IMG/VR virus record: IMGVR_UViG_2675903278_000002
Direction: 5' to 3' (one strand)
Source: a virus
Lineage: Duplodnaviria > Heunggongvirae > Uroviricota > Caudoviricetes
DNA: 64,000 nucleotides
Positions 33,108 through 41,646 of the stretch are shown one piece after another (positions within the stretch are counted from its first letter, which is position 1; every line of letters begins with the position of its first letter). The translations under genes and the position numbers were made by a program. The notes beneath the pieces are model-generated. The model saw only the letters and a program-made list of their open reading frames with translations. It ran no database searches and had not been told where the DNA came from.

Positions 33108-33416
33108 TTATTGAACAGACTCTACAGCCTTACGATTGGTGTCAAATAGCGCATCAACGAACTGTGCCGATGACTCGCTAGATTCGCAATCCAACATTGC
33201 CCGTTCTTCATTTGCCACTTTCTTACACAGTTCCACATTCTCACCTATCGCTTTTCCTGCTTTTACGGCTGCCGAAAATTGATACATGCAAACTGATACA
33301 TTCTGAGACGTTGAGCACACGTCATTCATCAGCGACTGAATGACAGGCTTATAGTCCATTGCATTTGCCGCAACTGAGCAAAGTAAAAATAATGGTGGTA
33401 ACAATATCGATTTCAT
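33108..33416 (-). CDS. Secreted Cys-containing small protein
   Basis: Signal peptide MKSILLPPLFLLCSVAANA. 102 aa. Confidence 0.55.
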   Translation of the reverse strand: MKSILLPPLFLLCSVAANAMDYKPVIQSLMNDVCSTSQNVSVCMYQFSAAVKAGKAIGENVELCKKVANEERAMLDCESSESSAQFVDALFDTNRKAVESVQ

Positions 33417-33419
33417 AAC

Positions 33420-33944
33420 TCAAAAAGGCAAAATTCGTTCAACCCAATCGAACAAAACAACTATTTTTCTACCGTTCTCGACACGTAGTGTAACCTGACA
33501 AGCATCTGCGCCTGCTGACACCCCCTCAATTTCACGGCCATCCGCCATGTACACCCTTATAGATTTGTTTGCTTTGTAGGCTTGGTTGCAAATTGCAAAA
33601 AAATCGCGGCGTGATGGCCGATTATCGACATAATCAGGGTGAACTGTTAGTCGACCTTTGAAATCGTGAGCGATACTGTCAACCACACCTGATTCAATTG
33701 TACTAATGCGTTCAAGTGGGAGCCTTATACGATTTTCTTTGTCAAAAGGGGCTGGGCAAAGGTCAACTTTGTTACGAGATGGCATGAGGCCATAAACGTA
33801 CATGCAAAACGCCTGGCCATCTTCGAGAGTGACCCTTACAGGAATTTGTTCTCTGCGCCAGAACATCAGTAGTTTTTCAACGTTAGTGTAATCTCGCGGC
33901 CAGAGTTCAGCTTGGATACCGTAGGTAATATCTTTGGTTGTCAT
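33420..33944 (-). CDS. Hypothetical protein (two beta-rich halves, possibly Sm-like)
   Basis: Start uncertain (33944 or 34022). Segments VRVTLEDGQAFCMYVYG and IRVYMADGREIEGV...VTLRVENGRKIVVLFDWVERI. Confidence 0.45.
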   Translation of the reverse strand: MTTKDITYGIQAELWPRDYTNVEKLLMFWRREQIPVRVTLEDGQAFCMYVYGLMPSRNKVDLCPAPFDKENRIRLPLERISTIESGVVDSIAHDFKGRLTVHPDYVDNRPSRRDFFAICNQAYKANKSIRVYMADGREIEGVSAGADACQVTLRVENGRKIVVLFDWVERILPF

Positions 33945-33948
33945 ATCA

Positions 33949-34413
33949 TCACAGAGTTGTTGGCAGAATGTCGATGTCACCAGAATTGCTGGTAAACACC
34001 CTGAACGCTTTTGTGTCTCCATTCTTCAGAGTCGTTTCTCGCTCTTGACGAGCGGGGTTTAGAGCACATAAACCTGCACCTTCAAGAGATGCACCCACAA
34101 TTAATTCTCCGGCATTTAAATGGAAAGTCGCTTTTTCGCCTGTAGCCAGTTTTGCGACAGTTTCGCCGTTGATGAAAATGGAAGCATCACATCCAGCTCC
34201 TACAAAACCTGTGTCTCTCATTACCACCAACGTAGCTGGCGCTGCGCTTTGATACTTGAACACTTTGGCCTGCGGTGCTGGTTTGGCGTCATGGATTGAT
34301 ATTGGGTGTGATTGGCACGCGGCAAGCATCAACACTGGTAACGTTAGTAGAGGGAGAAGCGAGTATTTCATGATAGTTTTAGAACAGAAAGTGAACAGTA
34401 TGGGAGACTTCAT
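33949..34413 (-). CDS. Lipoprotein
   Basis: Lipobox LPVLMLAA-C. GGGAGA SD lies before ATG 34413. Confidence 0.6.
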   Translation of the reverse strand: MKSPILFTFCSKTIMKYSLLPLLTLPVLMLAACQSHPISIHDAKPAPQAKVFKYQSAAPATLVVMRDTGFVGAGCDASIFINGETVAKLATGEKATFHLNAGELIVGASLEGAGLCALNPARQERETTLKNGDTKAFRVFTSNSGDIDILPTTL

Positions 34414-34439
34414 CTTTGTCTCCCTAATTGATAGCGTGA

Positions 34440-34718
34440 TTATTTTAATCTGCTTAATAGCGTTTCGAGATCTTCCTTTGTCATATTAGAGTTCTCATAG
34501 ATACGCATGATTTTCTCACGAGTCTTAGCGGAAGCCCCGACAGAAGATATAACCTTGTCAAAGTCGGCCATTGTCAATTGTTCCAGAATGGTATTTATGA
34601 CTTCAGCCTTAGACATTTTGATATTTTTTTCTTTTAGTTTCACTTGAAACTTTCCAAGTTTGTCATTGGCCTTATCAGACAATGCTACCTGACAGTAAGT
34701 TGTTTTCTTTTCACTCAT
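34440..34718 (-). CDS. Hypothetical protein
   Basis: 92 aa. Starts 2 nt after the helicase stop. Confidence 0.5.
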   Translation of the reverse strand: MSEKKTTYCQVALSDKANDKLGKFQVKLKEKNIKMSKAEVINTILEQLTMADFDKVISSVGASAKTREKIMRIYENSNMTKEDLETLLSRLK

Positions 34719-34720
34719 AA

Positions 34721-36280
34721 CTAATCTCGTTTCAGAACTCCAAAATCGAATGCTCCATCAATAGGCAATACACCTTCTGCAAAGCCAGGTGTGGTGTCGA
34801 TGATGTGTTTTCGCTCATAAGAGTGAGACAACAGGTATTTGTTGCTAATGTCAATGAAATCAGTGATAAAACACACGTTTGCCTGATTTTTTTTGGCTCG
34901 TAAGCCACGACCGACACGCTGCCTCATTTCAACTTCTGCTTTTCCACCACCAGCCAGAATGACCGCACCAACGCTTGGCACATCAACACCGACATCCAGA
35001 ATAGTCGAGCCTATTAAAACATCTATTTCGCCAGACGCTAAACTGTTCAGCTTTGCTTGCCTTGTCGCCTGGTTCGATTCCCCATAGATGAAGTCAACTT
35101 TAAGACCTGACTCCTTCATCATCTCCATCAGGATTTGCCCGTGGCGTTTAAGACGAACCAGAGTCATGCAATTGAGAGAATGTTGCTTATAGAGCAATGC
35201 TTCGCGCACAATGGCCTCGTTACGTCCCAAATTATACACGATCCCCAACTGATAAGCCTTTTGGTAGGCTGTGCTCATACCTACTCTAAAATTAAGGTGT
35301 TTGTTGGCAAGTTCCGCCTTGATTCTGACCTCGTCTGGCTTGTAAGCAACTTTATGATAAAGGAAGTACGGTTTTGCCAGAATGCCTCGATCAATCAGGT
35401 ACTTTTCTGTGACTTTAATTTCAATTCGACCGGCCACAGCCATCAGACGCATGTTGGCTTCTGTAGAATCCTTCATGAACGGCGTGGCCGTAAGCGCCAG
35501 ACGATAGTCTGCGTTCACACATAATCTGGCAATGTCATAGAAATTAGAGCCTGAAGACTCATGCGCTTCTTCCAGAATAAGCAGAGACACACTTGAAAGG
35601 AAGCGTTTCACCAACTCCCGACGTTTGAGGTGGTAGCTTTTCTTATCTGGTGTTGCATCGCGTGGTGGTTCTTCGAGGAAACTTGCAAGAGTTTGAACTG
35701 TAGCGACGTTGATATGTCGTGATACCTGGAACTCACCCGAGCCAATGACTCCAACCTTTTGGTCTTTTAACCACGGTTCGCCATTTTCGGCGCGGTAGTC
35801 GATGGATCTCTGGAAGTTTTCGGCCATTTGAAACATCAGAACAGAGCGGGTTGTTAAAAATAATGTCATTCGACCGATACGTGCAGCTGCTTTGCAGGCA
35901 ACGTTAGATTTCCCGCCACCAGTAGCGATCTGCGCAATCATCATTCCCTCTCGAACCAGTGTTTCCACAGTCTGATCCTGATACGCATAATCAGGATTGT
36001 ATGGGAATGGGTTAACCGCCGGATTTGGTTTACCAAGCGCCGGGGCTTTGTCTTTGCGGATATGAACACATTTGATGCCCGCCTTGTTCAAGTTCGCCGC
36101 TACAGGCTTGGCAAAGCCAGCAGGGAACGAGTTTTTACTCCAGTTGAACATCGTGCTTGTGCCCTTCCAGTCGCCAGTCTCGACTTCGTAGCTCAACATT
36201 TGCTGCACCAGTTGCTTTACCTTGTCATCTGCGCCAGAAATAAGCGCATTTACTGCGTTAGATACAATCCGAACAGTCAT
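34721..36280 (-). CDS. Superfamily-2 DEAD/DEAH-type helicase
   Basis: Motif I IATGGGKS, motif II LLILEEAHE, motif III LTATP, motif VI QRVGRGLR. Confidence 0.8.
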   Translation of the reverse strand: MTVRIVSNAVNALISGADDKVKQLVQQMLSYEVETGDWKGTSTMFNWSKNSFPAGFAKPVAANLNKAGIKCVHIRKDKAPALGKPNPAVNPFPYNPDYAYQDQTVETLVREGMMIAQIATGGGKSNVACKAAARIGRMTLFLTTRSVLMFQMAENFQRSIDYRAENGEPWLKDQKVGVIGSGEFQVSRHINVATVQTLASFLEEPPRDATPDKKSYHLKRRELVKRFLSSVSLLILEEAHESSGSNFYDIARLCVNADYRLALTATPFMKDSTEANMRLMAVAGRIEIKVTEKYLIDRGILAKPYFLYHKVAYKPDEVRIKAELANKHLNFRVGMSTAYQKAYQLGIVYNLGRNEAIVREALLYKQHSLNCMTLVRLKRHGQILMEMMKESGLKVDFIYGESNQATRQAKLNSLASGEIDVLIGSTILDVGVDVPSVGAVILAGGGKAEVEMRQRVGRGLRAKKNQANVCFITDFIDISNKYLLSHSYERKHIIDTTPGFAEGVLPIDGAFDFGVLKRD

Positions 36281-36325
36281 AAACCTCTTTCCTTAGTGCC
36301 TTTTGTATGTTATTTGGCTATTATA

Positions 36326-36345
36326 ATAAGTAAGTGATTACTTAG
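36326..36345. promoter_or_regulatory. Box B palindrome copy in the divergent helicase/ParB-like intergenic region
   Basis: ATAAGTAAgtgaTTACTTAG. Confidence 0.55.
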
Positions 36346-36362
36346 TGGATTGTAGCAATAAA

Positions 36363-37043
36363 ATGGATGTAAAAATCACGATTTTGCAGGTTGATGTTGC
36401 CAACCTTCGCCCGAATACCTGGAACACCAATTCGGTTGGTGCGCAGAATTTTGAAAAACTGAAAGGTTCTATCGAAAAATTGGGCTTTTTTAAGCCAATT
36501 TTGGCTCGTGAACTTGAAGATGGATTTTTTGAAATCCTCGGCGGTGAACATCGCTGGCGTGCTGCTATTGAGCAAGGAATTTCAACGGTTCCGGTGCTTT
36601 CTGTGGGCAAAATTAGCGATGTCGTAGCTAAACAGATGTCACTGGTGGACAACGAGCGATACGGTGAAGACGACCAAATCGCATTGCAACGCTTCATTGA
36701 AGAAATTCAGTCAGAACTTGACTATCAACTGTCTGAAATCGCCCCGTATGACGACGAAATCTCGATGGTTTTAGCAAAAGAGGCGGCAATCGACCTTGAA
36801 GCACTGGAGGCGTTGTCTCGTGGTAGTGATGAGCCTGTCGATACCGACAAACGAGAGAAAACCGAACGTGTGGGTGCGGAACATCAGACCATGCGCTTCA
36901 AAGTAACTTTCGATGCGTCAGATCGTGTTGCAGAAACCATAAAAAACATCATCAAAGAGCAGGCTATTAACACCGGTAATGAAATGGAGAACGCTGGTGA
37001 GGCTCTGGTGTGGCTGGTCGACTACTACAAGGAGCGTATGTAA
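36363..37043 (+). CDS. ParB/Srx-fold (ParB N-terminal domain) protein 1
   Basis: PILARELEDGFFEILGGEHRWRAA carries the GxxHR ParB box. The start is either ATG 36363 or GTG 36345. Confidence 0.7.
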   Translation: MDVKITILQVDVANLRPNTWNTNSVGAQNFEKLKGSIEKLGFFKPILARELEDGFFEILGGEHRWRAAIEQGISTVPVLSVGKISDVVAKQMSLVDNERYGEDDQIALQRFIEEIQSELDYQLSEIAPYDDEISMVLAKEAAIDLEALEALSRGSDEPVDTDKREKTERVGAEHQTMRFKVTFDASDRVAETIKNIIKEQAINTGNEMENAGEALVWLVDYYKERM

Positions 37044-37711
37044 TGACCAAAAAGTTTGAAATCGTATATCGCGACCCGGCAGATCTTATTCCCTATGAGA
37101 TGAATGCCAAAAAGCATGATGAACAGCAGATCAGAGATTTGGCCGCAGCCATTAAAAAGCGCGGATTTGACCAGCCAATTACGGTCGATAAGAACGACGT
37201 AATTATTACTGGCCACGGCCGCCGTGAGGCTGCAATTTTTGCTGGACTTGAGCGCGTACCGGTTATTGTTCGTGATGATCTGAGTGATGACGAGGTTCGT
37301 GCGAAGCGCCTTGAAGATAACCGACTTGCCAGCATTGATTACGATGCAATTAAGCTACAGAAAGAGCTTGAGTCGCTTGTTCTGGACGATATTGAGGTTT
37401 TCGGCTTTGAAGAGCGTGAGTTGAATGTTCTCGTTGGCAGTATGACAGAAGAAATGGACACCGACTCGCTAGTTATCGATCTTGGCGAAGAAACTAAACG
37501 ACAGAAGGATGAACACACCGAGATCAGTCGTGAAGTTGCAGCGGAAGAAGTACGTGTTGTCGACGTATTGGGCTTTAAAACGCTCCCTGCTGGCTCTGCC
37601 ATTGTTGTTGGTGATTTGCTTGCCCATATGGAAGAAATGACGGGAGAAAGCGGGGTAGACGCATTTGTGGCATATGCGGAGAAGATCTCTTCCGGGGAGA
37701 TGGCTGCATGA
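37043..37711 (+). CDS. ParB-like nuclease-domain protein 2
   Basis: TAATG coupling with AAGGAG upstream. Motifs QPITVDKNDVIITGHGRREAA and VPVIV. Confidence 0.7.
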   Translation: MTKKFEIVYRDPADLIPYEMNAKKHDEQQIRDLAAAIKKRGFDQPITVDKNDVIITGHGRREAAIFAGLERVPVIVRDDLSDDEVRAKRLEDNRLASIDYDAIKLQKELESLVLDDIEVFGFEERELNVLVGSMTEEMDTDSLVIDLGEETKRQKDEHTEISREVAAEEVRVVDVLGFKTLPAGSAIVVGDLLAHMEEMTGESGVDAFVAYAEKISSGEMAA

Positions 37712-38373
37712 GCAAATACATCATCAACGTATCGTTTCAGACACGCGTAAATAAAACCACGCGCACGTTGGAAATCGCTGAGTCGTTCGGGCTTGGCCTG
37801 GACGAAAAAGAGTGGACGCTTTACGACAATCTGGAGCTGGAAGTGAAGCAGGGCGATGTGGTGTACATCACCGGCCAATCCGGTTCCGGCAAATCCGTTG
37901 TGCTGCGCGAGTTGCAACGACAGATGAAGGATGAAGGGCTGTCTGTAGCCTCCATCGATGATTTTACCTTCGATAATGAGGTTAACGTCATCGATCAGTT
38001 GGGCAAAACGACCAGTGATGCGCTTGGGTTGTTATCTATGGCTGGTCTGAACGATGCATATCTGTTTGTTCGCAAGCCTTCTGAAATGTCAGACGGCCAG
38101 AAATATCGTCTCAAGATTGCCAAACTGATTGAGTCAGGCGCTAAAGTATGGGCTGCTGACGAGTTCGGCGCTGTTCTCGACCGTGTAACCGCTCAGGTTG
38201 TGGCGTCTAACCTCCAGCGTGCCGCTCGAAAGGTTGGTGCGACGGTAATGGTGGCGACGACTCACGAAGACCTGAAGAACGCGCTGCGCCCTGATATGCA
38301 GATCACCAAGCACTACAAAGAACGCGTGAAGGTGGAATATCACAATGGTAGTCATGATGAGGTCCATTCATGA
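37708..38373 (+). CDS. Soluble ABC-type ATPase
   Basis: Walker A GQSGSGKS, signature MSDGQKYR, Walker B VWAADEF, H-loop TTHE. ATGA overlap with the upstream gene. Confidence 0.75.
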   Translation: MSKYIINVSFQTRVNKTTRTLEIAESFGLGLDEKEWTLYDNLELEVKQGDVVYITGQSGSGKSVVLRELQRQMKDEGLSVASIDDFTFDNEVNVIDQLGKTTSDALGLLSMAGLNDAYLFVRKPSEMSDGQKYRLKIAKLIESGAKVWAADEFGAVLDRVTAQVVASNLQRAARKVGATVMVATTHEDLKNALRPDMQITKHYKERVKVEYHNGSHDEVHS

Positions 38374-39260
38374 CGGACATCATCATTAAACGCTACCGCC
38401 CTGAAGAGTTTCCGCGTCATCTGGACTTTCTGGAGCGAATGACTGTTACAAAGGGAACTGTAGAGGACTGGCACGCTCTTAAGTCGCTTCACTACAAAAC
38501 AGACGGCAAACCTTTCGCGCCAACTTACTATCGCTGCGAACTTGATGACCGTCTGGTGGGCGTCGTGGTTATGGCTTACCCGAAACTACTGTTGGCACCT
38601 CGCCACCGCATGTTTCCTAAGTTGAAACCAACCACTAATACCACCGTGGCTAACCAGTACTGGGGTCGGTACGTGAATAACAACTTTGCGGTGATCAGTC
38701 GCTCAGTTGTGGATACTCAGTATCGTGGCGTAGGCGTCTCTTATAGAATGATTAACCTGGTTAGCAGGATGCATGACCGGCCAATCATTGAGATCCAGTC
38801 CTCGATGAGCAAATACAATCCCTTCGCCATGAAAGCAGGGTTTAAGTTCATCCGCCCTGAGCGACCGAAGAGCTATGAAAGTGCACTGCGTGTGTTCCAG
38901 CGCCATTTCCGCTCCGACCCGGGTGATAACGAGGCGATCGTCAAAGAGTTGTTCGCTATGAGCGAGTCTCGTCGTCGCCGTGCGCTGCGCGATTTGGTGG
39001 CGGACTACCATAAGAACAGTTCCCTGGCAAAAGCTGGGCGGAATCGTGGCACGACGATTCAGGACATTGCCGACAGTCTGGTGGACGAGGCCAGCATTGT
39101 GAAGCTGCTCAAGGACATTCACAACCTGAGCTTTACGTCTCCGTTGTATGGTGTGTACCGAAACCCTGACTTTGGCCGTCGACTGCCTGACACGCTGCCA
39201 CTGCTGGCATTCGACAAACAACCTTTGGATAAACCGTTAGAAATTGCTTTACCGGCATAA
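38370..39260 (+). CDS. Hypothetical protein with GNAT-like acetyltransferase core
   Basis: ATGA overlap with the upstream gene. VDTQYRGVGVSYRMI resembles GNAT motif A (Q/RxxGxG/A). Confidence 0.45.
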   Translation: MTDIIIKRYRPEEFPRHLDFLERMTVTKGTVEDWHALKSLHYKTDGKPFAPTYYRCELDDRLVGVVVMAYPKLLLAPRHRMFPKLKPTTNTTVANQYWGRYVNNNFAVISRSVVDTQYRGVGVSYRMINLVSRMHDRPIIEIQSSMSKYNPFAMKAGFKFIRPERPKSYESALRVFQRHFRSDPGDNEAIVKELFAMSESRRRRALRDLVADYHKNSSLAKAGRNRGTTIQDIADSLVDEASIVKLLKDIHNLSFTSPLYGVYRNPDFGRRLPDTLPLLAFDKQPLDKPLEIALPA

Positions 39261-39269
39261 GGATTTGCC

Positions 39270-39536
39270 ATGACGTTAACCGACAAACAAAAGGACATCA
39301 TCAAAACGCTCAATCTCGGTTATGAGCGAGGTCATCTACTTGACCTGGACGAATTGCTTGAAGTTTTGCCGTACAAGACAACCAAGCAAAGTATCCAGTT
39401 CTCAATTCGCGCTCTGATAAAAAAGGGGCTGGTGGAGAAAGGGCATACGCGCCAACGCAGTGACAATCGCTATCACCGCCGGACTCTTGGGTTAACCACT
39501 TTAGGTCGAGCCAAAGCGAAGTTACTGGTGATGTAA
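39270..39536 (+). CDS. Small winged-helix (MarR-like) DNA-binding protein
   Basis: 88 aa, with TKQSIQFSIRALIKKGLVEK. Confidence 0.5.
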   Translation: MTLTDKQKDIIKTLNLGYERGHLLDLDELLEVLPYKTTKQSIQFSIRALIKKGLVEKGHTRQRSDNRYHRRTLGLTTLGRAKAKLLVM

Positions 39537-39558
39537 TCGGTCTGGGAGCTTATTTAAA

Positions 39559-39637
39559 GACCTGCATCTGTATATATAAATAATAAGTAACTTATTAAAT
39601 ATATACGGAAGCAGGCTTCGTAAGACATGCCAGACCT
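39559..39637. repeat. Long AT-rich hairpin element, copy B
   Basis: GACCTGCATCTGTATATATAAATAATAAGT-a-ACTTATTAAATATATACGGAAGCAGGCT, plus the conserved CCAGACCT. The centre contains a Box B-like AATAAGTAACTTATT. Confidence 0.65.
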
Positions 39638-39651
39638 AATTAAACACCCCA

Positions 39652-39666
39652 GAAAACAAGTTGGTT
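39652..39666. promoter_or_regulatory. Box A palindrome copy (degenerate)
   Basis: GAAAACAAGTTGGTT. Confidence 0.5.
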
Positions 39667-39676
39667 AGCAGATGCA

Positions 39677-39692
39677 GTAAACAAGTTGTTTT
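39677..39692. promoter_or_regulatory. Box A palindrome copy
   Basis: GTAAACAAGTTGTTTT, 39 nt upstream of the terS ATG. Confidence 0.6.
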
Positions 39693-39721
39693 AGAGCGCA
39701 TGGACGCGCTCTGTGTGTTTT
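39693..39721 (+). terminator. Leader hairpin upstream of the packaging operon (terminator-like)
   Basis: AGAGCGC-atggac-GCGCTCT followed by gtgtgTTTT. The U-tract is not contiguous with the stem. Confidence 0.4.
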
Positions 39722-39731
39722 AGAGGGATCT

Positions 39732-40364
39732 ATGACGGTCGAAAAAGACGAGGTAAAAACTCGCCTGACACCAGCGGAGTGGGCCGAAGCTGAAGCCAAA
39801 TGGACGTCAGGCGAATATACACTCTCAAAGCTGGAGGAAGAGTACGGCATTCGTCGTGAAACACTCTCCAGACATTTCAAAAAGCGAGGATTAGAGAAAG
39901 GCGCGGACTCTGTTGGGAAGATGGTTCGTGAGTCTCTTAAATCTGACGCAGAGCTTCGCGCTAAAGCCCGTGCGGAAAAGATAGAAGAACGTCGTACACG
40001 TTATGACGGCTGGGCGTATGCGTTGGGGCAGATGGTGATGGTCGAAGTCACTACGGCCAAACGTGAGGGTAAGCCTTTAGGGGCGATTGAGGATTCTCTC
40101 AAGAGCTTACAGAGAGCCAGTAATACCCTTGCAAAATGCTTTGAAGTTTCGTCCAAAGCATTGGGCATGGATCATGCGGAAAATGACGAGGAAGAAATTC
40201 CGAACCTGGTATTTGGTGAGCTTACGCCTTCCCAGGTGGCGAAATTACGTCAGGAAGACGACGAGCCTGAAATCATCGATGACGAATTGCTTGAGACGTT
40301 GGAAGAAGAAGCTCTAAGCGAATTTGATGCGACAGATGATGGAAGTGAAGGGGAGGACGAATAA
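39732..40364 (+). CDS. Terminase small subunit (putative)
   Basis: Lies immediately upstream of, and is ATGA/TAATG-coupled to, the large subunit. N-terminal HTH-like LSKLEEEYGIRRETLSRHFKKRG and an acidic C-terminus. Confidence 0.65.
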   Translation: MTVEKDEVKTRLTPAEWAEAEAKWTSGEYTLSKLEEEYGIRRETLSRHFKKRGLEKGADSVGKMVRESLKSDAELRAKARAEKIEERRTRYDGWAYALGQMVMVEVTTAKREGKPLGAIEDSLKSLQRASNTLAKCFEVSSKALGMDHAENDEEEIPNLVFGELTPSQVAKLRQEDDEPEIIDDELLETLEEEALSEFDATDDGSEGEDE

Positions 40365-41620
40365 TGGCAATCCCGTCCTCGCTCAGTCTTGTGCAACTGC
40401 ATTCTGGACAGATGAAAGTCTTCCAGTCTCCGCATCGATTTAAAGTTGTTTGTGCTGGTCGACGCTGGGGAAAATCCCGGTTGTCGATCTCCACTATTAT
40501 TCGTGCGGCGGCAAAGGAAAAAAAGCAAAGAGTCTGGTATGTCGCTCCTACTTACCAGATGGCTCGCCAGATTTTGTGGGACGATCTACAGGAAGTTCTG
40601 CCTCGTAAGTGGGTTAGGAAAAAGAACGACACCACGATGACAATCGTGTTGAAGAACGGTTCGGAGATCGCCCTCAAAGGTGCTGATAAGCCTGACACTC
40701 TGCGCGGCGTAGCGTTGCATTTTGTAGTGCTTGATGAATTTCAGGATATGAAGGCTGACACCTGGTACAAGGTGTTACGACCTACTCTTTCATCGACACG
40801 CGGCGGTGCACTGATCATTGGTACGCCAAAAGGCTTCTCGGAATTTCACAAACTGTGGACTATAGGCCAGAACGTAGAGCTGCAAACAAAGGGACAGTGG
40901 AAGAGCTGGCAGTTTGTAACTGCCGATTCTCCGTTTGTACCTACGGCGGAAATTGAAGCTGCTAAGAACGATATGGACCCGAAATCGTTCGCTCAGGAGT
41001 ACCTGGCGAGCTTTGAGAACATGTCCGGGCGCGTTTACTACCCGTTCGATCGTAACGTGCATGTAAAACCGCTTCAGTTCAACCCTCGGTTGCCTATATG
41101 GGTAGGGCAGGACTTCAACATTGACCCGATGTCTTCAGTAATTTTGCAACCTCAGCCAAATGGTGAGCTATGGGCAATTGATGAATTGGTGCTCTTTTCC
41201 TCTAACACGGCAGAGGTTTGTGATGAGCTTGAGAGACGCTTCTGGCGCTGGAAATCACAGATAACGGTATTTCCAGATCCGGCAGGTGCTTATCGCCAAC
41301 ATGCTCGCGGGGAGTCTGACGTCGACATATTCAAAGAGAAGGGATTCTTACGTGTCGATTATTCGAAAAAGCACCCGCCAATTGCGGATCGTGTTAATGC
41401 TGTTAACCGAATGCTGATGACCGCATCTGGAGATATCCGGCTGTATATCGATCCGAAGTGCAAGCATTTGATTGATTCACTGGAAAAAGTCATCTACAAG
41501 CCTGGAACACGAGATATGGATAAGACAGGTGGCATTGAGCATAGTGCAGACGCATTGGGCTATCCAGTACATCGTAGGTATCCAGTCAAAAACCGTGTTA
41601 TTCTTGGTGGTTCTCGATAG
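40364..41620 (+). CDS. Terminase large subunit
   Basis: Walker A-like VCAGRRWGKS, Walker B HFVVLDEFQD, and a C-terminal nuclease-type DPAG region. Confidence 0.85.
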   Translation: MAIPSSLSLVQLHSGQMKVFQSPHRFKVVCAGRRWGKSRLSISTIIRAAAKEKKQRVWYVAPTYQMARQILWDDLQEVLPRKWVRKKNDTTMTIVLKNGSEIALKGADKPDTLRGVALHFVVLDEFQDMKADTWYKVLRPTLSSTRGGALIIGTPKGFSEFHKLWTIGQNVELQTKGQWKSWQFVTADSPFVPTAEIEAAKNDMDPKSFAQEYLASFENMSGRVYYPFDRNVHVKPLQFNPRLPIWVGQDFNIDPMSSVILQPQPNGELWAIDELVLFSSNTAEVCDELERRFWRWKSQITVFPDPAGAYRQHARGESDVDIFKEKGFLRVDYSKKHPPIADRVNAVNRMLMTASGDIRLYIDPKCKHLIDSLEKVIYKPGTRDMDKTGGIEHSADALGYPVHRRYPVKNRVILGGSR

Positions 41621-41638
41621 GTAAGTAATTATCTAAGG
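41617..41638. promoter_or_regulatory. Box B palindrome-family copy
   Basis: ATAGGTAAGTAATTATCTAAGG. Its TAG is the terL stop codon, and it lies 9 nt before the portal ATG. Confidence 0.55.
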
Positions 41639-41646
41639 TTATTCAA

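Noticed and set aside
37339-39313. Minus-strand ORFs 37339-37917, 38134-38367, 38703-39221 and 39119-39313
   Set aside because: They are antisense to the tightly coupled ParB-like/ABC/GNAT-like operon and have low-complexity translations.
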